Below are positions 1 to 13,210 of a DNA stretch of 64,000 nt, piece after piece. Position numbers and translations under genes: made by a program. The notes below the pieces were generated by a model that was given only the letters and a program-made list of their open reading frames with translations, made no database searches and had not been told where the DNA came from. Origin of the DNA: Eledone cirrhosa (lineage: Eukaryota); the NCBI GenBank assembly GCA_964016885.1, contig OZ024741.1:63116001-63180000 (forward strand), given 5' to 3'. Each line of letters starts with the position of its first letter. The first letter of the stretch is position 1.

Positions 1-679
1 GAACCTACCCTATTGAGTGCTTTGCTACTCATTCCTTATTGTAGGCCGACTTTGCTTGGCCACAGCCAAAGCTTCGATTTTACTAAGCTTCCACTTGTAT
101 ATGTATATATATTTTTTTTCTAATAAAAACTGCGATTATATTGCTGTTTGCTGAACTCCTTTTGTAGAGTTTTTTTCGAAATGTATTTGACTGTTATTTC
201 TTGTAAACAAACATTCATTTTCATCCTGACGTCACTAGCCCTGTTTTTCCTCATGTGCGTTTTTCATAATCACGCATGATGGTGAACTAGCCAGTTTGAG
301 AATTCCCTTTTTGGCCTATAATTCTGTGGGAGCCCTGGTTATCTGTTGAGCTCTGCTGACGATTGAAATCCAACCGTGACCATCTCCACTGAAAGTTTTC
401 ATGAAATAGTCTTTAAGACTATACAGAGCATTTGATGTTTTTCCAAATTGAAGGATAAGTATTTTAGACTTTATTTTATCATGAGTTAAGGGTCTATTGA
501 TTTTTCCCTGGATTTCACTAAATTCTGTTTTGAGATGAGTTTGAATTATTTTTCCTACACGTTAACTATTTTTCCCACCTTGACGACATAGTCGCATATA
601 TGTTATGGAATACTGTTAGCTTCTCGCTAAAACAATTTCTATACCTTTCATTTATATATATATATATAGATATAGATAT

Positions 680-870
680 AAGTATGCATGTATACGTACA
701 TACATATATGTATACAGACGTACAGTAGAATGCACATATATATATATATATATACATATATATGCATACAGGTACACATAAATATATGCACGTATCAGTT
801 TAGCGGCGCTTATTATAACGTCGCTTTGTTCGTTTGTAAACAAACTGAACAGCCTGAATTTATGCCATAC
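680..870. repeat. Dispersed repeat, second copy at ~47190-47410
   Basis: AAGTATG..TATACGTACATACATATATGTATACAGACGTACAGTAG...CAGCCTGAATTTATGCCATAC occurs at both loci, including an internal (TA)n of variable length. Confidence 0.75.
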
Positions 871-965
871 GGTGTTAAGGCAACCACGTCACCTTTTTGT
901 TCAACACTGACACAGGAACGATGTACTAGTTTCAATCTTGTTAGCTATCATCAGCACCGTTTACC

Positions 966-1032
966 CATCTGCCAGATAGTTGAACGTTCAAGGAAAGTAT
1001 ATACTTTCGAACGTTCAACTATCTGGCAGATG
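966..1032. repeat. Near-perfect ~67-bp palindrome, probably MITE-internal
   Basis: CATCTGCCAGATAGTTGAACGTTC-AAG-GAAAGTAT|ATACTTTC-GAACGTTCAACTATCTGGCAGATG. A possible CAGTCGA-type terminus lies at ~1110, followed by (TA)n. Confidence 0.8.
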
Positions 1033-1107
1033 AATGGCAAGGGCCAGTAATTGGAAAGACCAATAGAAAGATTGTTTCCTTGGTCCGATTCGATGAAAAT
1101 CGATCGA

Positions 1108-1210
<103 letters not shown>

Positions 1211-1416
1211 CATTAGTTAAGCAAAGCAAGACCACACATTTCACAAGGAAGACATTATTTAAAGATTGTCAGCATAGTTGTAGTTTAATGTAAGGAATGT
1301 AAGAAATAATAATAATACTAATAATGTCCGTTTACAATTGTTTCGCTACTCCATATAATGTTTCTGGATCAATTGATTGTAAACGGACATTATTATTTTT
1401 ATTATTATTATTATTA

Positions 1417-4400
1417 CAGTTGCATTTATCTTGCTTTATGTTCATACGAGTTATCACCAAGTCACAACCAGTGACCTCAAGAGACAACAAGGTCCGCCAT
1501 GTTTAAGAAAGAACATACATACTCACACATGCATCTTTAGTGTTTAGGCTTGTGATGTACTTATATTGACAGAATCTTCCTTCGTATATGGGCAGTTCCC
1601 ATTAGTACTATCTTTTGTATTTCTCCTATACGAGTGTTTCCTGGCATTTGCGATAAGTAATCATTATACCCCTTAGGTATCATTCCCAGAGCGCCTACAA
1701 CCACTGGTATTGTTTTAGTTCTCAATTTCCACATTTTTCCAATTTCTATCTCCAGGTCCTTATACTTTCTCAATTTTTCAAATGTTTTTATAGATACATT
1801 CTTGTCTATTGGATCAGACATATCAATTAGCAGGCATACCCTCTTTTTGAAGTCCTTCAATATTATATCAGGTCTATTTGCATCTATTTTTCGGTCTGTT
1901 TGGATACTAAAGTTCCACAAGATTGAGATGTGATCTTTTTCAAGTATGGGAGGTGGTTGATGCTCCCACCAATTCTTTTGATGGGGCAGGTCAAAATGCT
2001 TACACATTATCCAATGTATGTATTGTGCAGCTCTGTCATGCCTGTTTAGGTATTCGGTTGGAGATATAGGACTGCACATTGAAATTATATGGTCAATGGT
2101 CTCTGGTTGTTTTTTGCATACACGGCATAATGGGCTGCATCCATTTGTTATTATGTTGGCTTGGTAATTTTTTGTTGGCAGACACTGATCTTGTGCTGAT
2201 ATAATCAGTCCTTCAGTCTCCGATTTCAGTCCAGAGGATGCCAACCACTGATGGGTTAAAGTTTTGTCAACATCAGGATTGTTAGCTCGCTCTGGGTATT
2301 TTCCATACAGAGGCTTTTCGTGCCATTTCTTAGCCAGTTTCTGTAGCAGTTCTTTCTTTGCAGTTACTTTTACTTGCTTTGCTTTTCTGTGTTTTCCATT
2401 TCAGCAGTAAATGGGACTTCTGAAATTTGTAGTCCATTACTGTATCTTTGTGCATCTTTTGTAATGGAATATGATCTTTTGATGCTTTCGTGTTTCAAAA
2501 CGAGTTTGATCATCCAATCATGTGATTCCCTTAGATATGTAGATAATCCAATTGTTGCAGTTTTCAACGCAATGTCTAACTGGATTAACCCACGTCCTCC
2601 TTCTTTCCTAGGGAGATATCTTCTATTTATATCTGCCTTAGGGTGATGCATTCTGTGCATGGTTAAGAATTTTCGAATTTTTGTATCGAGCCTACGGATC
2701 TCTGTGCTTGACCAGTTGATGACATTGTAACTGTAGGTAACTACTGGTATGGCAAGCGTGTTTATGGCATCGATCCTATTCCTTGCATTCAATTCCGTTC
2801 TTAAGATTGCTCTTACTCTGCGGTAACATTCCTTCCTTATCCTTTCCCTCATTGTCCAGTGCTTGATTCCGTCTCCTTCACAAACACCTAGATATTTGTA
2901 AGTTTTTTTATCACGTTCTCTTATCACGTTCCCCCGATCAAGATTAATGTCTGAACTCTTCAGCAGCTTTCCTCTGGTGAACGTTGCTTTGGCGCATGTA
3001 TCTAGTCCAAACTCCATTTTAATGTCATCACTGAACTGCTCCACAGTGGATAATAGCCCTTGCAATTGTTCATCATTTTTTGCAAATAGTTTCAGGTCAT
3101 CCATGTAGAACAAGTGATTAATGGTTTTGTCATAGACTTTATATCCATGTTTTGTTTCATTGAGCATTTTACTTAATGGTATAAGTGCGATGCAGAATAA
3201 AAGCGGTGATAAAGAGTCACCCTGAAAAATTCCACAATTAATATTAACTTCTCCAGCTTCCAGTGACTTTGTTTCACTATTCAAAAGGAGTGTCGTTTTC
3301 CATGTCTTCATACTGAATGACAAAAACCTCCTGACAACGGGGGATATTTTGAAAATCTCTAAACATTTTTCAATCCAACTGTGTGGCAAACTATCGAATG
3401 CTTTTTTATAATCTATCCAAGCAATCGATAGATTTTTGTGTCTATTATGACAATCTTCCAGTATCATTTTGTTAACCAAAAGCTGATCCTTACAGCCATA
3501 TGAGCCTCGTTTACACCCTTTCTGCTCAATGGGAAATAGGTCATTTGTTATCAGGTGGTCATATGTGTATTCAGTTAGGACTGATGTTAACATTTTATAC
3601 ATTGTGGTCAAGCAAGTTATCGGTCTGTAATTTTTGGGATTGTTTGTCTCATCATTCTTCGGAAGCAGGAATGTAATGCCGTTAACTAGCCATGATGGTA
3701 TCTTTTCTGGCTCCTTAACTATTTCATTGTAAAGTTGGGCTAACAGCTCATGAGACTCTGTGAAGGCATTTATCCAAAAATTTTGTATTTTGTCTTTTCC
3801 TGGGGATTTCCATTTGCTGGTTTTTCTTAGAGCCAAGCGCAACTGTTCAACTGTTATATTTTCCCATATTTGTTCCTCAAGGTGAGCTGTATCTTTCATT
3901 TGTCTGTCTATCCATGGGGCATGTATGTTATGAACTTTTTCTTCGGCCCAGATCTTTTCCCAGAATTCTTGTACTTCCTCCTTGGGTGGTATTGATTTAG
4001 CAGTTATTGTTGACTTACCAATTTTTCTGTAGAAGTTTCTTTGGTTGTTTTTGAACATATTATTGTCCCTATATAATCTAGATCGTTTTTCAAAGCGCCT
4101 TATGCAAGCAGCCTTGGCCGACACTTTTTGCTTGATTATTTCTATCAGCATGTCTATGTCACTTGTTGATTTTATACTGTACTTTTTTTTCAATTTTCTA
4201 AGTTTAGTTTGTTTAACATGTTCACCTACTTTATAGTTTGTTAAAATTTCTATGTCAGATCGGAGAAGGTTTATTTGGCGATTGATGTTCTCTTGCCAAG
4301 TAGATTTCTTGTGGGAATTCCTTTGTTTTTTCATCTTCACTCCACATAAGTGAGTGGTGACTTTAGCCGATGCATAATAGAGATGATTTAAATCAGTAAT

Positions 4401-5026
4401 GTTTAGTTTGTTTGTGATGATAATGTTTTTGAGAATTATGTTAGTCTTGTGTATTATCTTTTGGTTCTGTTTGGAGTTCTGGATCTTAGGGAGGGTGTCT
4501 CGTTGCCCCATGTCAGATTCTTTCATTTTCATCCATTCGATCATAATTTCATCCTTCAAGTTGGCAAGTTCATTCTCATTCATTTCTTTATCATTTACGA
4601 TCTCATTATTTTCATTTGGAGTTTCATCTTGAGCATGCACTCCCTCCACTTTTTCGATCCTTTCTTTAATTTGTTCTGTTGCCAGTGATTCCGCCCCAAC
4701 CCTGGGATTCGAAGTGTTACAATTTACCTCGTTTTCACTGACACATGTTTCATTTTCCCTTCGCTGACTTTGTGCTAATAGCTTGATCTGATCAATTTCT
4801 ATATCAGTTAGTAACTTTTTTCTTACAATATTTCTTCGTATATTGGCTAGTTTGTTACTGTCAATATAGCCTCTGTTTTCGGGATGTTTCTTTTTCCAGT
4901 TGATATATGTCTGTTCTGTATTCGATGTATTTGATGGGTAGTACATGGCAGTGTAGAAAGCCTCAACGACTTCTTTATTATCTTCCCTTGACCATTTTTC
5001 TCTCTTTTTCTTTGGATTTCTTGGTG

Positions 5027-5028
<2 letters not shown>
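1417..5028 (-). mobile_element. R4/Dong-clade non-LTR retrotransposon, copy 1 (5'-truncated)
   Basis: Single long ORF with KWSREDNKEV N-terminal motif, RT motifs (YRPITCL, WIDYKKAFDS, GIFQGDSLSP, FYMDDLKL), a CCHC knuckle (CRVC..ETIDHIISMC), RHD and restriction-like endonuclease RPD..D. Flanked by (TAA)n on both sides, the known Dong target. Confidence 0.93.
1561..4946 (-). pseudogene. R4/Dong RT plus RLE endonuclease ORF, one 1-bp frameshift near 2385
   Basis: ORFs 2370..4946 and 1561..2244 are joined if the T4 run at ~2383-2386 is T5, as in copy 2 (GCTTTTTCTG at ~12010). This could be a homopolymer sequencing error. Confidence 0.88.

Positions 5029-5083
<55 letters not shown>
5029..5083. 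repeat. (TTA)n microsatellite, junction between Dong copy 1 and Tx1 element A
   Basis: Direct reading. Similar tracts occur at 1390-1416 and 11025-11043. Confidence 0.97.
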
Positions 5084-5298
5084 GAATGCTATGGTTGACG
5101 GAGGCTCGGCTCTGTAAGGTATTGTAAATCTTGACCGCTATAACAATTGTTAATTGTTTAAAACTTTAACCAACTTGTAGACAAAAACACCCTCCTCCTC
5201 GTGAGAGGGGTCTTTCTGCCCGTTATTTGGCCCTTCGGGGTTAAATAACTGCTTATTGGGGTTTTGTGCCCAATATTTATTTTAAACAGAAAAACAAC

Positions 5299-7372
5299 AT
5301 GGCTACGAAAAAGAATTTTCATAGGTCACTCCCACTCATTCCGTCTTCTTCTTCCTCAATCGTCACTACAGCAGAGAGAAGATTGTCTCTCTCCCTCCCT
5401 TCTCTTTCGCAAGCGACGACAGAAAAGAAAAGTCTCGTGCAAAGCGTGCAAGATTTCTCCACGACGACAACGACAACGACGAAACAGGTGTGCGGGAAAT
5501 ACGAAAACCCATTTCATTCGTCTGACGTCAGGAATAATAGCAGTAGCAGCCGTAATAACAACAGCAACAGTGACAATGAAAACAACAGCATCAGCAGCAG
5601 CATAAACAACAACAGCATTAGCAGCAGCAACAACAACAACAACAACCACAGCAACAGCGGCGGCGGCAGTAGTCGTAGTACCTGCAGCAACAACAAAAGT
5701 AACAGCAGCTCTGACGACAACAACAACAACAGCAGCAGCAAAGAAAAACCAATCTCGTTTGCAGGTAACGCAAAGAACCTGGAAACCATCCTCATAACAA
5801 ATGAGGAATTAGAGGAAGCGAAGATGGTGATAAAAACCGGACACCGAGCAATCTGCAAGGCAGCGGAAAAATTTTTCGAAACCCAACAGCACTGTACGGT
5901 CACGTACCGTACAGTAAGTACAAAATCCCGTAGGGTTGAAAGAGCCACAGAGGCTCAAATACAAAAAGCCTTGGGGTCTGTGTGGCAGCGGAAAACGCAC
6001 ATTCCCCGAGGCAAGAAATATGCCACCGTAGACGTACTTTTTGCCACACCCCAGGAGGCAAAGGCTCAAACCTTAGTGACCCTAGGGAGCGAGGAAATGG
6101 TGTTGGTGCCCTCCTACTGCGGGCAAAAAATTGTGAGGGTCAAACTGACCCACGTCCATGCCCCCCCCCCCCCCCCCCAGCATGGCCCCTTCTTGGCTGG
6201 CCGCGTCTGTCCTCGTCGGAATCGAGGACAAAACAACTGTACTGCAAGTACAGAAAAAAGTAAGAGAAGATTGGGTCGGCACCTCCATTGAGATGTTAAT
6301 CCAAACCAACCAGGAGTGCATCGAAGCTATCCCGGATGTGATCGATAACGGCACTCAACTGCCAATAAGTGTTGAGGGCAAACGCCCGAAATGCTTTCGC
6401 TGTGGATCGAAGAGTCACATCAGGGCCTTCTGCAACGAGAAGACCCTGATAAAGGAGAAAACCTCCCTCCTTCCGAAACCGGCTCCACGGCTACCGGCAA
6501 CAGGACAAGCGGCAACAAGGAACGATAGGTCCGTAGCACCCATACCCACGCCACGGAAATCAAAAACAGCAGTAGCAGTGGAAGTATCAACAACAACAAC
6601 AGCAATACCAAATGCAGCTGCAACAGAGACTCCAGTGCAAACATAACCAACAACAACAAGTGAAAGAGTGGAGCTGGTACCCCTCCCCGACCTCACAGAA
6701 TCAGACATGGAGTGTGAGGTGAGAGAGGGATGGCAAAAGGTCGTAAGAAGGCACAAACGCAGAAGCAGCGCATCGACGCCTTTGAAAAGGGAGGAAAGAA
6801 ATGAAAAAAGGGTAAAGGCTACTGCAAAGAGACTCACAGCAGCAACACCACCAACACCATCACCACTCACACTAGCACCACCATCACCACCGGCGACAAC
6901 CCCACCGCCAACAACACCTTCAACACCACCACCACAAGCACCAACATCGCAAAGACAACATCAAAACACACACACCCAGCAACAACGACAAGAAAATAGC
7001 AGAACCACACCCCACCCCCAGAAATACAAATGCACGGCAATAAATACACACAACAAGAAACTAATGCCATACATAATTGAACACACAGACATTTCACAAC
7101 ACGACTACATAATACCAGCACCAATCAAAACGCCAACTAACATAAGACTGCTAAAAATAGCACAGAAACAATACACAAACATTAAAACGAAATTCCCCAA
7201 CGCAGTTGGTGATTTCAGAGACCTAGGAGGGACACTCAACCGAAGAGTATATTCGGACATACTCATAGAAGATTCGACGACCAGCCGAAGGAACGATTCA
7301 ACGGTCCCTTCACCAGACGATCAAGTGAAAAGGGATGGAAAAACCATCCCTCCTCTACGAAAAGTACGGTAA
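5299..7372 (+). pseudogene. Tx1 A ORF1 (gag-like; Asn/Ser-rich N-terminus, CX2CX4HX4C knuckle)
   Basis: Starts MATKKNF; contains VEGKRPKCFRCGSKSHIRAFC. Frameshift in the C-run at 6161-6178 and an in-frame TAA at 6644-6646. Confidence 0.85.
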
Positions 7373-7407
7373 GTGGTCTTTCCCATCTTTTCCACTCTAT
7401 TTTAAAC

Positions 7408-10400
7408 ATGACCTTACTCAGAATAGGCAGCATAAATGCGCGTGGCTTGGGGTCGTCATGGAAGCAGGGTCACCTGCTCAACGACCTCAGGTCACTAAAC
7501 ATAGATGTAGTGGCCATAAGCGAGACCAGAATATCTGAAGCACGGGCCTTCGCACCGATCTTCGGTGGCTACGATGTGTACGCATCTCCCAGCCGTCCTG
7601 GATCGGGGGGAGGAGTTGCTGTGCTTTTTCGGAGAGGTTTGGATCTCGCCATACGGGTCATCTTCCTGGACCCAGAGGGTAAGTTGGTGGTGCTGGACGT
7701 GACCAGCGGAGACGGGCAAGCTTTCAGGCTAGTGGCCGTCTATGCCCCGACAGGAGCAGGGCGGCCTGATTTCTTCCGGCGTCTGGAGACCTTTCTTGGA
7801 ACGTCCCGGTCTTTAGTGTTAGTGGGCGACTGGAACGGGATCTTAGATGCACGCTGGGACTGTGTGGGATTAGCGGATAGGGGTGGAGGGTGCAAGAGCC
7901 TGACCAACCTGCTCAGGCGTTTTGAACTGTCTGACAGGTACCGATTGGATTTCTCGAATATGCCAATGTGGACTTGGACAAATCGTATAGGGTCATCCAG
8001 AACATATCTAGATAGAGTATTTTGTAGGGAAATAGATAGTTCTAGCATAGGCTGTCCACAATTCAAGATAGTCAGCTACACGGACCACAAATTCGTGATC
8101 TGTGTGCTTGACTTAGATAGGCTTCATAGACGAGGACCCGGCTACTGGAAGCTAAACGCGTCCTTACCAGCGCGCATGGCCTACAGAGACCGGATTAGCG
8201 AACTAGTTAAGCGGGCGTTGACGGGGGCCATCGTCAACAACAAGTGGTGGTTTGCTCTGAAAAGAGCGATTAGAATAGAATCCATTAGGTTTAGTAAGGC
8301 TTTAGCAATAGAGAAAAATAGAGCAGAGGGAGAACTAGTTAGAAAATTAGACGAGGCGCTTAGCAAAGGCATTGCGACCGACGTGCTTGCGGCGAAATTG
8401 GCCCTTGACCAATTCTTCAATGCAAAGCACGAAGGCTGCGTTGTCAGAGCTAGGGTGCGTGCTCTCAGACACGAGGGGACGAAAGCCGTTCAATGAGCCC
8501 GAGTGGCGGAGGCGCGTCGTGGCAACAAAGCCACGATCCGGTCTTTGGTGGACCACGACGGGCGCATGCTACTCGATCCCGGGCAAATGTGTGAAGCTTT
8601 TCAGCGACACTTCACTCAGCTGTTCGGGGGCAGCGGTGGGCCGGGTCGAGCGATGGACTTTAGTGTCTACCTCGACGGACTGCCGCGGCTCTCGACCACT
8701 GAGGCGGAGTGTTGCGAAAAGCCGATAACAGCCGCTGAAGTAAGGGAGACAATGACTGGCTGCACAAGGGTTAAATCGCCTGGTTTGGATGGTCTGCCCT
8801 ATGAACTTTACGTACAGATGCCAGACTTGTTCGGAGGCCTCTTGGCGGACGTCAACTGCAACTGGCAACAGAACGGGAGAATTCCCAGTTCTGTGAGCCG
8901 AAGAGCGGTGGCACTGCTGAGAAAGGATCCGAACAAGGGAGATAACATAGATAATTTCAGGCCCATAACTCTGCTAAACACAGAGTTCAAGATTTTCGCC
9001 AAGGTGTTAGCAAAGAGGTTGGCGCTTGTCGTTGGTGGTCTGGTGGGAGAGGCGCAGACATACGCCATTCCCGACAGATCCATCCACGACAACCTCCACC
9101 TCATGCGATACATCGTAGAGAGGGTAGCTAGGGAACCTGGCACGGGTGCGTCCTTGATCAATTTAGATCAGTCGAAAGCTTTCGATAGGGTCGACCATCG
9201 TTACCTAGCGGCAGTCCTGAGGGCGGCTGGCTTTGGGCCCGTCTTCAGAGGCTGGATCGCTGCCATGCACAGCGACATCTGCTCTGTGGTGAGAGTGAAC
9301 GGTCACCTTTCGGAACCGTTCAACATCATGCGCTCGGTCCGCCAAGGATGTCCCCTCTCGTCCCTCTTGTACATATTGACTCTCGAGCCATTACTGCACA
9401 AACTGGAGACGTTGAGGGGCGTCCCGCGCGAACTAGGATGCGGAAGATCCGTGTCAGCATATGCGGACGATGTCACCGTAGTGGTGTCGAACGCCAAACA
9501 CATCGAGGCGATCGGCACTACACTAAGAGAATACGAAGCGGTGACAGGAGCAATGATCAACCAGGAAAAGTCAGTGGGCCTGCAGCTCGGCACCTGGAGA
9601 GGCAGGTGCATGCCGTCCAACAGCGTCGTCGGACGCTGGACGGACGGACCGGTTAAATTGCTAGGGATCTGGTTCGATCCGGACCTCCAGACGGACAAAA
9701 ACTGGGACGAGGTGACGAGCAGGGTGGCTTCTCTCACCCAGAAATGGGCGGAGAGGAAGCTATCCCTGAAAGGTCGAGCGGAGGTGGCTAACGCGTACAT
9801 CGCGTCTGTCATCTGCTACCGCATGACCGTCGTACCTTGTCCTAAGCCTCGCCTGACTGCGCTGGAGCGTTTACTCTCTCGCCTTTTGTGGAAGGGACGC
9901 GCTCCGATGGACAGGCGGTCCATCTGTTGTCAACACCCGCTACGTGGAGGGCTGGGCATGCCGTGGCTGATGATGCGCAGGAACGCGCTCAGGCTACGAC
10001 ATCTCCACCTCTTCCTCGACGGTGATCAGGTGTGGTCGCCGTTTGCTAGACGCGTCTTTCCCCAGCTCGTCTCCTTGATGGAGCTGCAGTCCTGGGTCAA
10101 GCGACCAATCGGGTAATGTGATCGGTGGAAACACCACCTCGGCGTTCTATAGAGGATTAGTGGAGGGGAAGAGCGACGACGTACTTGGGGAAACTCTAGG
10201 CGTCGACGAAAATCAACTAGCCAATCTCTTCGGAAGAACTTTCGGGCCAGGGCCTATGGACAACTTCCAGAAATCCCTGGCCTGGCAGTGCTACCGAGGA
10301 GCTTTGCCAGTTCGGGATAAACTCTACAGGCATGGAGGTGCCGTCAGCCGGGCATGTCCGAGATGCGCGCAGGGCGACGAAACCGTCCTGCACGCACTCG

Positions 10401-10771
10401 TCCAGTGACTGAAAATTGCTGACTTGTGTGTTTATGTCGAACACCTGCTGTCGCCTGTAGGACGGATCCGGCTATCATCTGAGTCCATCGTGAGGATTGC
10501 TCCGCCCTCCTCCTTTAGCCGGGAAGGGCAGTCAGTTTTTATCTGTCTGGTGGCCATGGCGAAAGAGATAGTATGGTGGACACGTTTGAAAGGGCTGAAG
10601 ACGAGCACTTACCTCTTCAGTGATGCCCTGATTGACTTTTTCAAATTTCATTTGAAAAGGAGAATCAGAGTAGAGAGGGAAGTGCTCTCTTCCCAGCATT
10701 TTGTTGAAAGATGGGTGAGAGAAGCAAGAATGGCCCGAGTGAATGGGCCTACTCTGAGTATATATCTGTAA
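7408..10771 (+). pseudogene. Tx1 A ORF2 (APE endonuclease, RT, Zn knuckle)
   Basis: SINARG, ISET, GDWN, YLDR, TDH; FRPITLLN, LDQSKAFDRVDH, QGCPLS, YADD; CPRC..ETVLHALVQ. Premature TGA at 8494-8496 (W in element B) and at 10406-10408 (C in element B), plus a deletion/frameshift near 10115. Confidence 0.9.
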
Positions 10772-11043
10772 ATTAAAGGTGGAAAACTGGGAGAGGGCAC
10801 TTGCCTTGGTGGTCAGGGTCACTGTGGCCTTTTACTGGGCTTTCTCCACAAATGTCCCTCCGAAGTCCCCCCCCCCCATTGGGGAATTTCTCATTGTTAT
10901 TTTTTTGTTACATCCTCTGTTTTTGTTTTTTACACACAGAAAATCCCATTTGTACCGTCCTGTATTGTCCTGCACTGTCCTTAATGTCTACTTTATGTAA
11001 ACCCTTGTGGTTAATAAAGAAATCATTATTATTATTATTATTA

Positions 11044-12754
11044 CAGTTGCATTTATCTTGCTTTATGTTCATACGAGTTATCACCAAGTCACAACCAGTG
11101 ACCTCAAGAGACAACAAGGTCCGCCATGTTCAAGAAAGAACATACATACTCACACATGCATCTTTAGTGTTTAGACTTATGATGTACTTATATTGACAGA
11201 ATCTTCCTTAGTATATGGGCAGTTCCCATTAGTACTATCTTTTGTATTTCTCCTATACGAGTGTTTCCTGGCATTTGCGATAAGTAATCATTATACCCCT
11301 TAGGTATCATTCCCAGAGCGCCTACAACCACTGGTATTGTTTTAGTTCTCAATTTCCACATTTTTCCAATTTCTATCTCCAGGTCCTTATACTTTCTCAA
11401 TTTTTCAAATGTTTTTATAGATACATTCTTGTCTATTGGATCAGACATATCAATTAGCAGGCATACCCTCTTTTTGAAGTCCTTCAATATTATATCAGGT
11501 CTATTTGCATCTATTTTTCGGTCTGTTTGGATACTAAAGTTCCACAAGATTGAGATGTGATCTTTTTCAAGTATGGGAGGTGGTTGATGCTCCCACCAAT
11601 TCTTTTGATGGGGCAGGTCAAAATGCTAACACATTATCCAATGCATGTATTGTGCAGCTCTGTCATGCCTGTTTAGGTATTCGGTTGGAGCTATAGGACT
11701 GCACATTGAAATTATATGGTTAATGGTCTCTGGTTGTTTTTTGCATACACGGCATAATGGGCTGCATCCATTTTTTATTATGTTGGCTTGGGAATTTTTT
11801 GTTGGCAGACACTGATCTTGTGCTGATATAATCAGTCCTTCAGTCTCCGATTTCAGTCCAGAGGATGCCAACCACTGATGGGTTAAAGTTTTGTCAACAT
11901 CAGGATTGTTAGCTCGCTCTGGGTATTTTCCATACAGAGGCTTTTCTTGCCATTTCTTAGCCAGTTTCTGTAGCAGTTCTTTCTTTGCAGTTACTTTTAC
12001 TTGCTTTGCTTTTTCTGTGTTTTCCATTTCAGCAGTAAATGGGACTTCTGAAATTTGTAGTCCATTACTGTATCTTTGTGCATCTTTTGTAATGGAATAT
12101 GATCTTTTGATGCTTTCGTGTTTCAAAACGAGTTTGATCATCCAATCATGTGATTCCCTTAGATATGTAGATAATCCAATTGTTGCAGTTTTCAACGCAA
12201 TGTCTAACTGGATTAACCCACATCCTCCTTTTTTCCTAGGGAGATATATTCTATCTATATCTGCCTTAGGGTGATGCATTCTGTGCATGGTTAAGAGTTT
12301 TTTGAATTTTTGTATCGAGCCTACGGATCTCCGTGCTTGACCAGTTGATGACATTGTAACTGTATGGCAAGCGTGTTTATGGCATCGATCCTATTCCTTG
12401 CATTCAATTCCGTTCTTAAGATTGCTCTTACTCTGCGGTAACATTCCTTCCTTATCCTTTCCCTCATTGTCCAGTGCTTGATTCCGTCTCCTTCACAAAC
12501 ACCTAGATATTTGTAAGTTTTTTTATCACGTTCTCTTATCACGTTCCCCCGATCAAGATTAATGTCTGAACTCTTCAGCAGCTTTCCTCTGGTGAACGTT
12601 GCTTTGGCGCATTTGTCTAGTCCAAACTCCATTTTAATGTCATGACTGAACTGCTCCACAGTGGATAATAGCCCTTGCAATAGTTCATCATTTTTTGCAA
12701 ATAGTTTCAGGTCATCCATGTAGAACAAGTGATTAATGGTTTTGTCATAGACTT
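11044..12754 (-). mobile_element. R4/Dong copy 2, 5'-truncated just upstream of the YMDD motif
   Basis: Near-identical to 1417-3138 including the 3'UTR. It has a 14-bp deletion at ~12362 and a nonsense change at 11626-11628, and ends in (TAA)n. Confidence 0.93.
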
Positions 12755-12770
12755 ATATAATTTATAGACT

Positions 12771-12875
12771 TATATATATATATTTCAGCCAAAGATGGCT
12801 GTCACTGAAATATATATAGCAGTAATAAACGAAGCTAAATTTTAATCATTTGACTTTTATTTAACTTTATTTTAT
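12771..12875 (+). mobile_element. Truncated Penelope pLTR fragment (3' half of the hammerhead seen at 21303) with a short 5' inversion
   Basis: CAGCCAAAGATGGCTGTCACTGAAATATATATAGCAGTAATAAACGAAGC matches 21320-21370. It is preceded by TATATATTTCAG, the reverse complement of CTGAAATATATA. Confidence 0.75.
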
Positions 12876-13210
12876 ATATATATATATATATAGTATAAAA
12901 GAGAAAACACAGGTAAGCATTAAGAGAAGGATTTTATCCAGGTATTTACGACCGTTTCATTGGTAAGTGCAACCTTATATTGCTATACTGCATATAGCAG
13001 CCACACAATTATAATTGTTGTTCACAGTCCAAATTTTCAAATTAGTAAGTTACTCTTGAAATAATTATTAATATATACAGACTCCATGTCGTGGAGTGTA
13101 GTGAGTTAAAGAGAATTAAATTGATCATAGTGGGAGGGATGGATAGAGAGTGAGAGAGAGAGGGGGGGGGGGAGATATAAAGAGATAAATATATATATAT
13201 ATATATATAT

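Larger units (their letters stand above)
5084..11024 (+). mobile_element. Tx1/L1-clade LINE, element A, nearly full length and defective
   Basis: 5'UTR, ORF1 with CCHC knuckle, ORF2 APE-RT-CCHC, and a 3'UTR ending CCCTTGTGGTTAATAAAGAAA. Flanked by (ATT)n on both sides. Confidence 0.93.

Noticed and set aside
288-389. Possible terminal GPCR exon after TTTCAG on the minus strand
   Set aside because: Short frames with no recognisable homology.
6161-6178. Programmed frameshift at the ORF1 poly-C run
   Set aside because: The frameshifting homopolymers lie at different positions in elements A and B. Slippage or sequencing error is more likely.
8494-8496. In-frame TGA codons in Tx1 A ORF2 as readthrough or selenocysteine
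   Set aside because: Element B has W and C at these positions, and element A has other disabling lesions, so these are simple nonsense mutations.
12935-13045. Minus-strand GAAACGGUCGUA hammerhead 3' half
   Set aside because: The 5' core is degenerate (UUGAAAA). It is at most a dead remnant, like similar half motifs at ~19240-19275 and ~26348.
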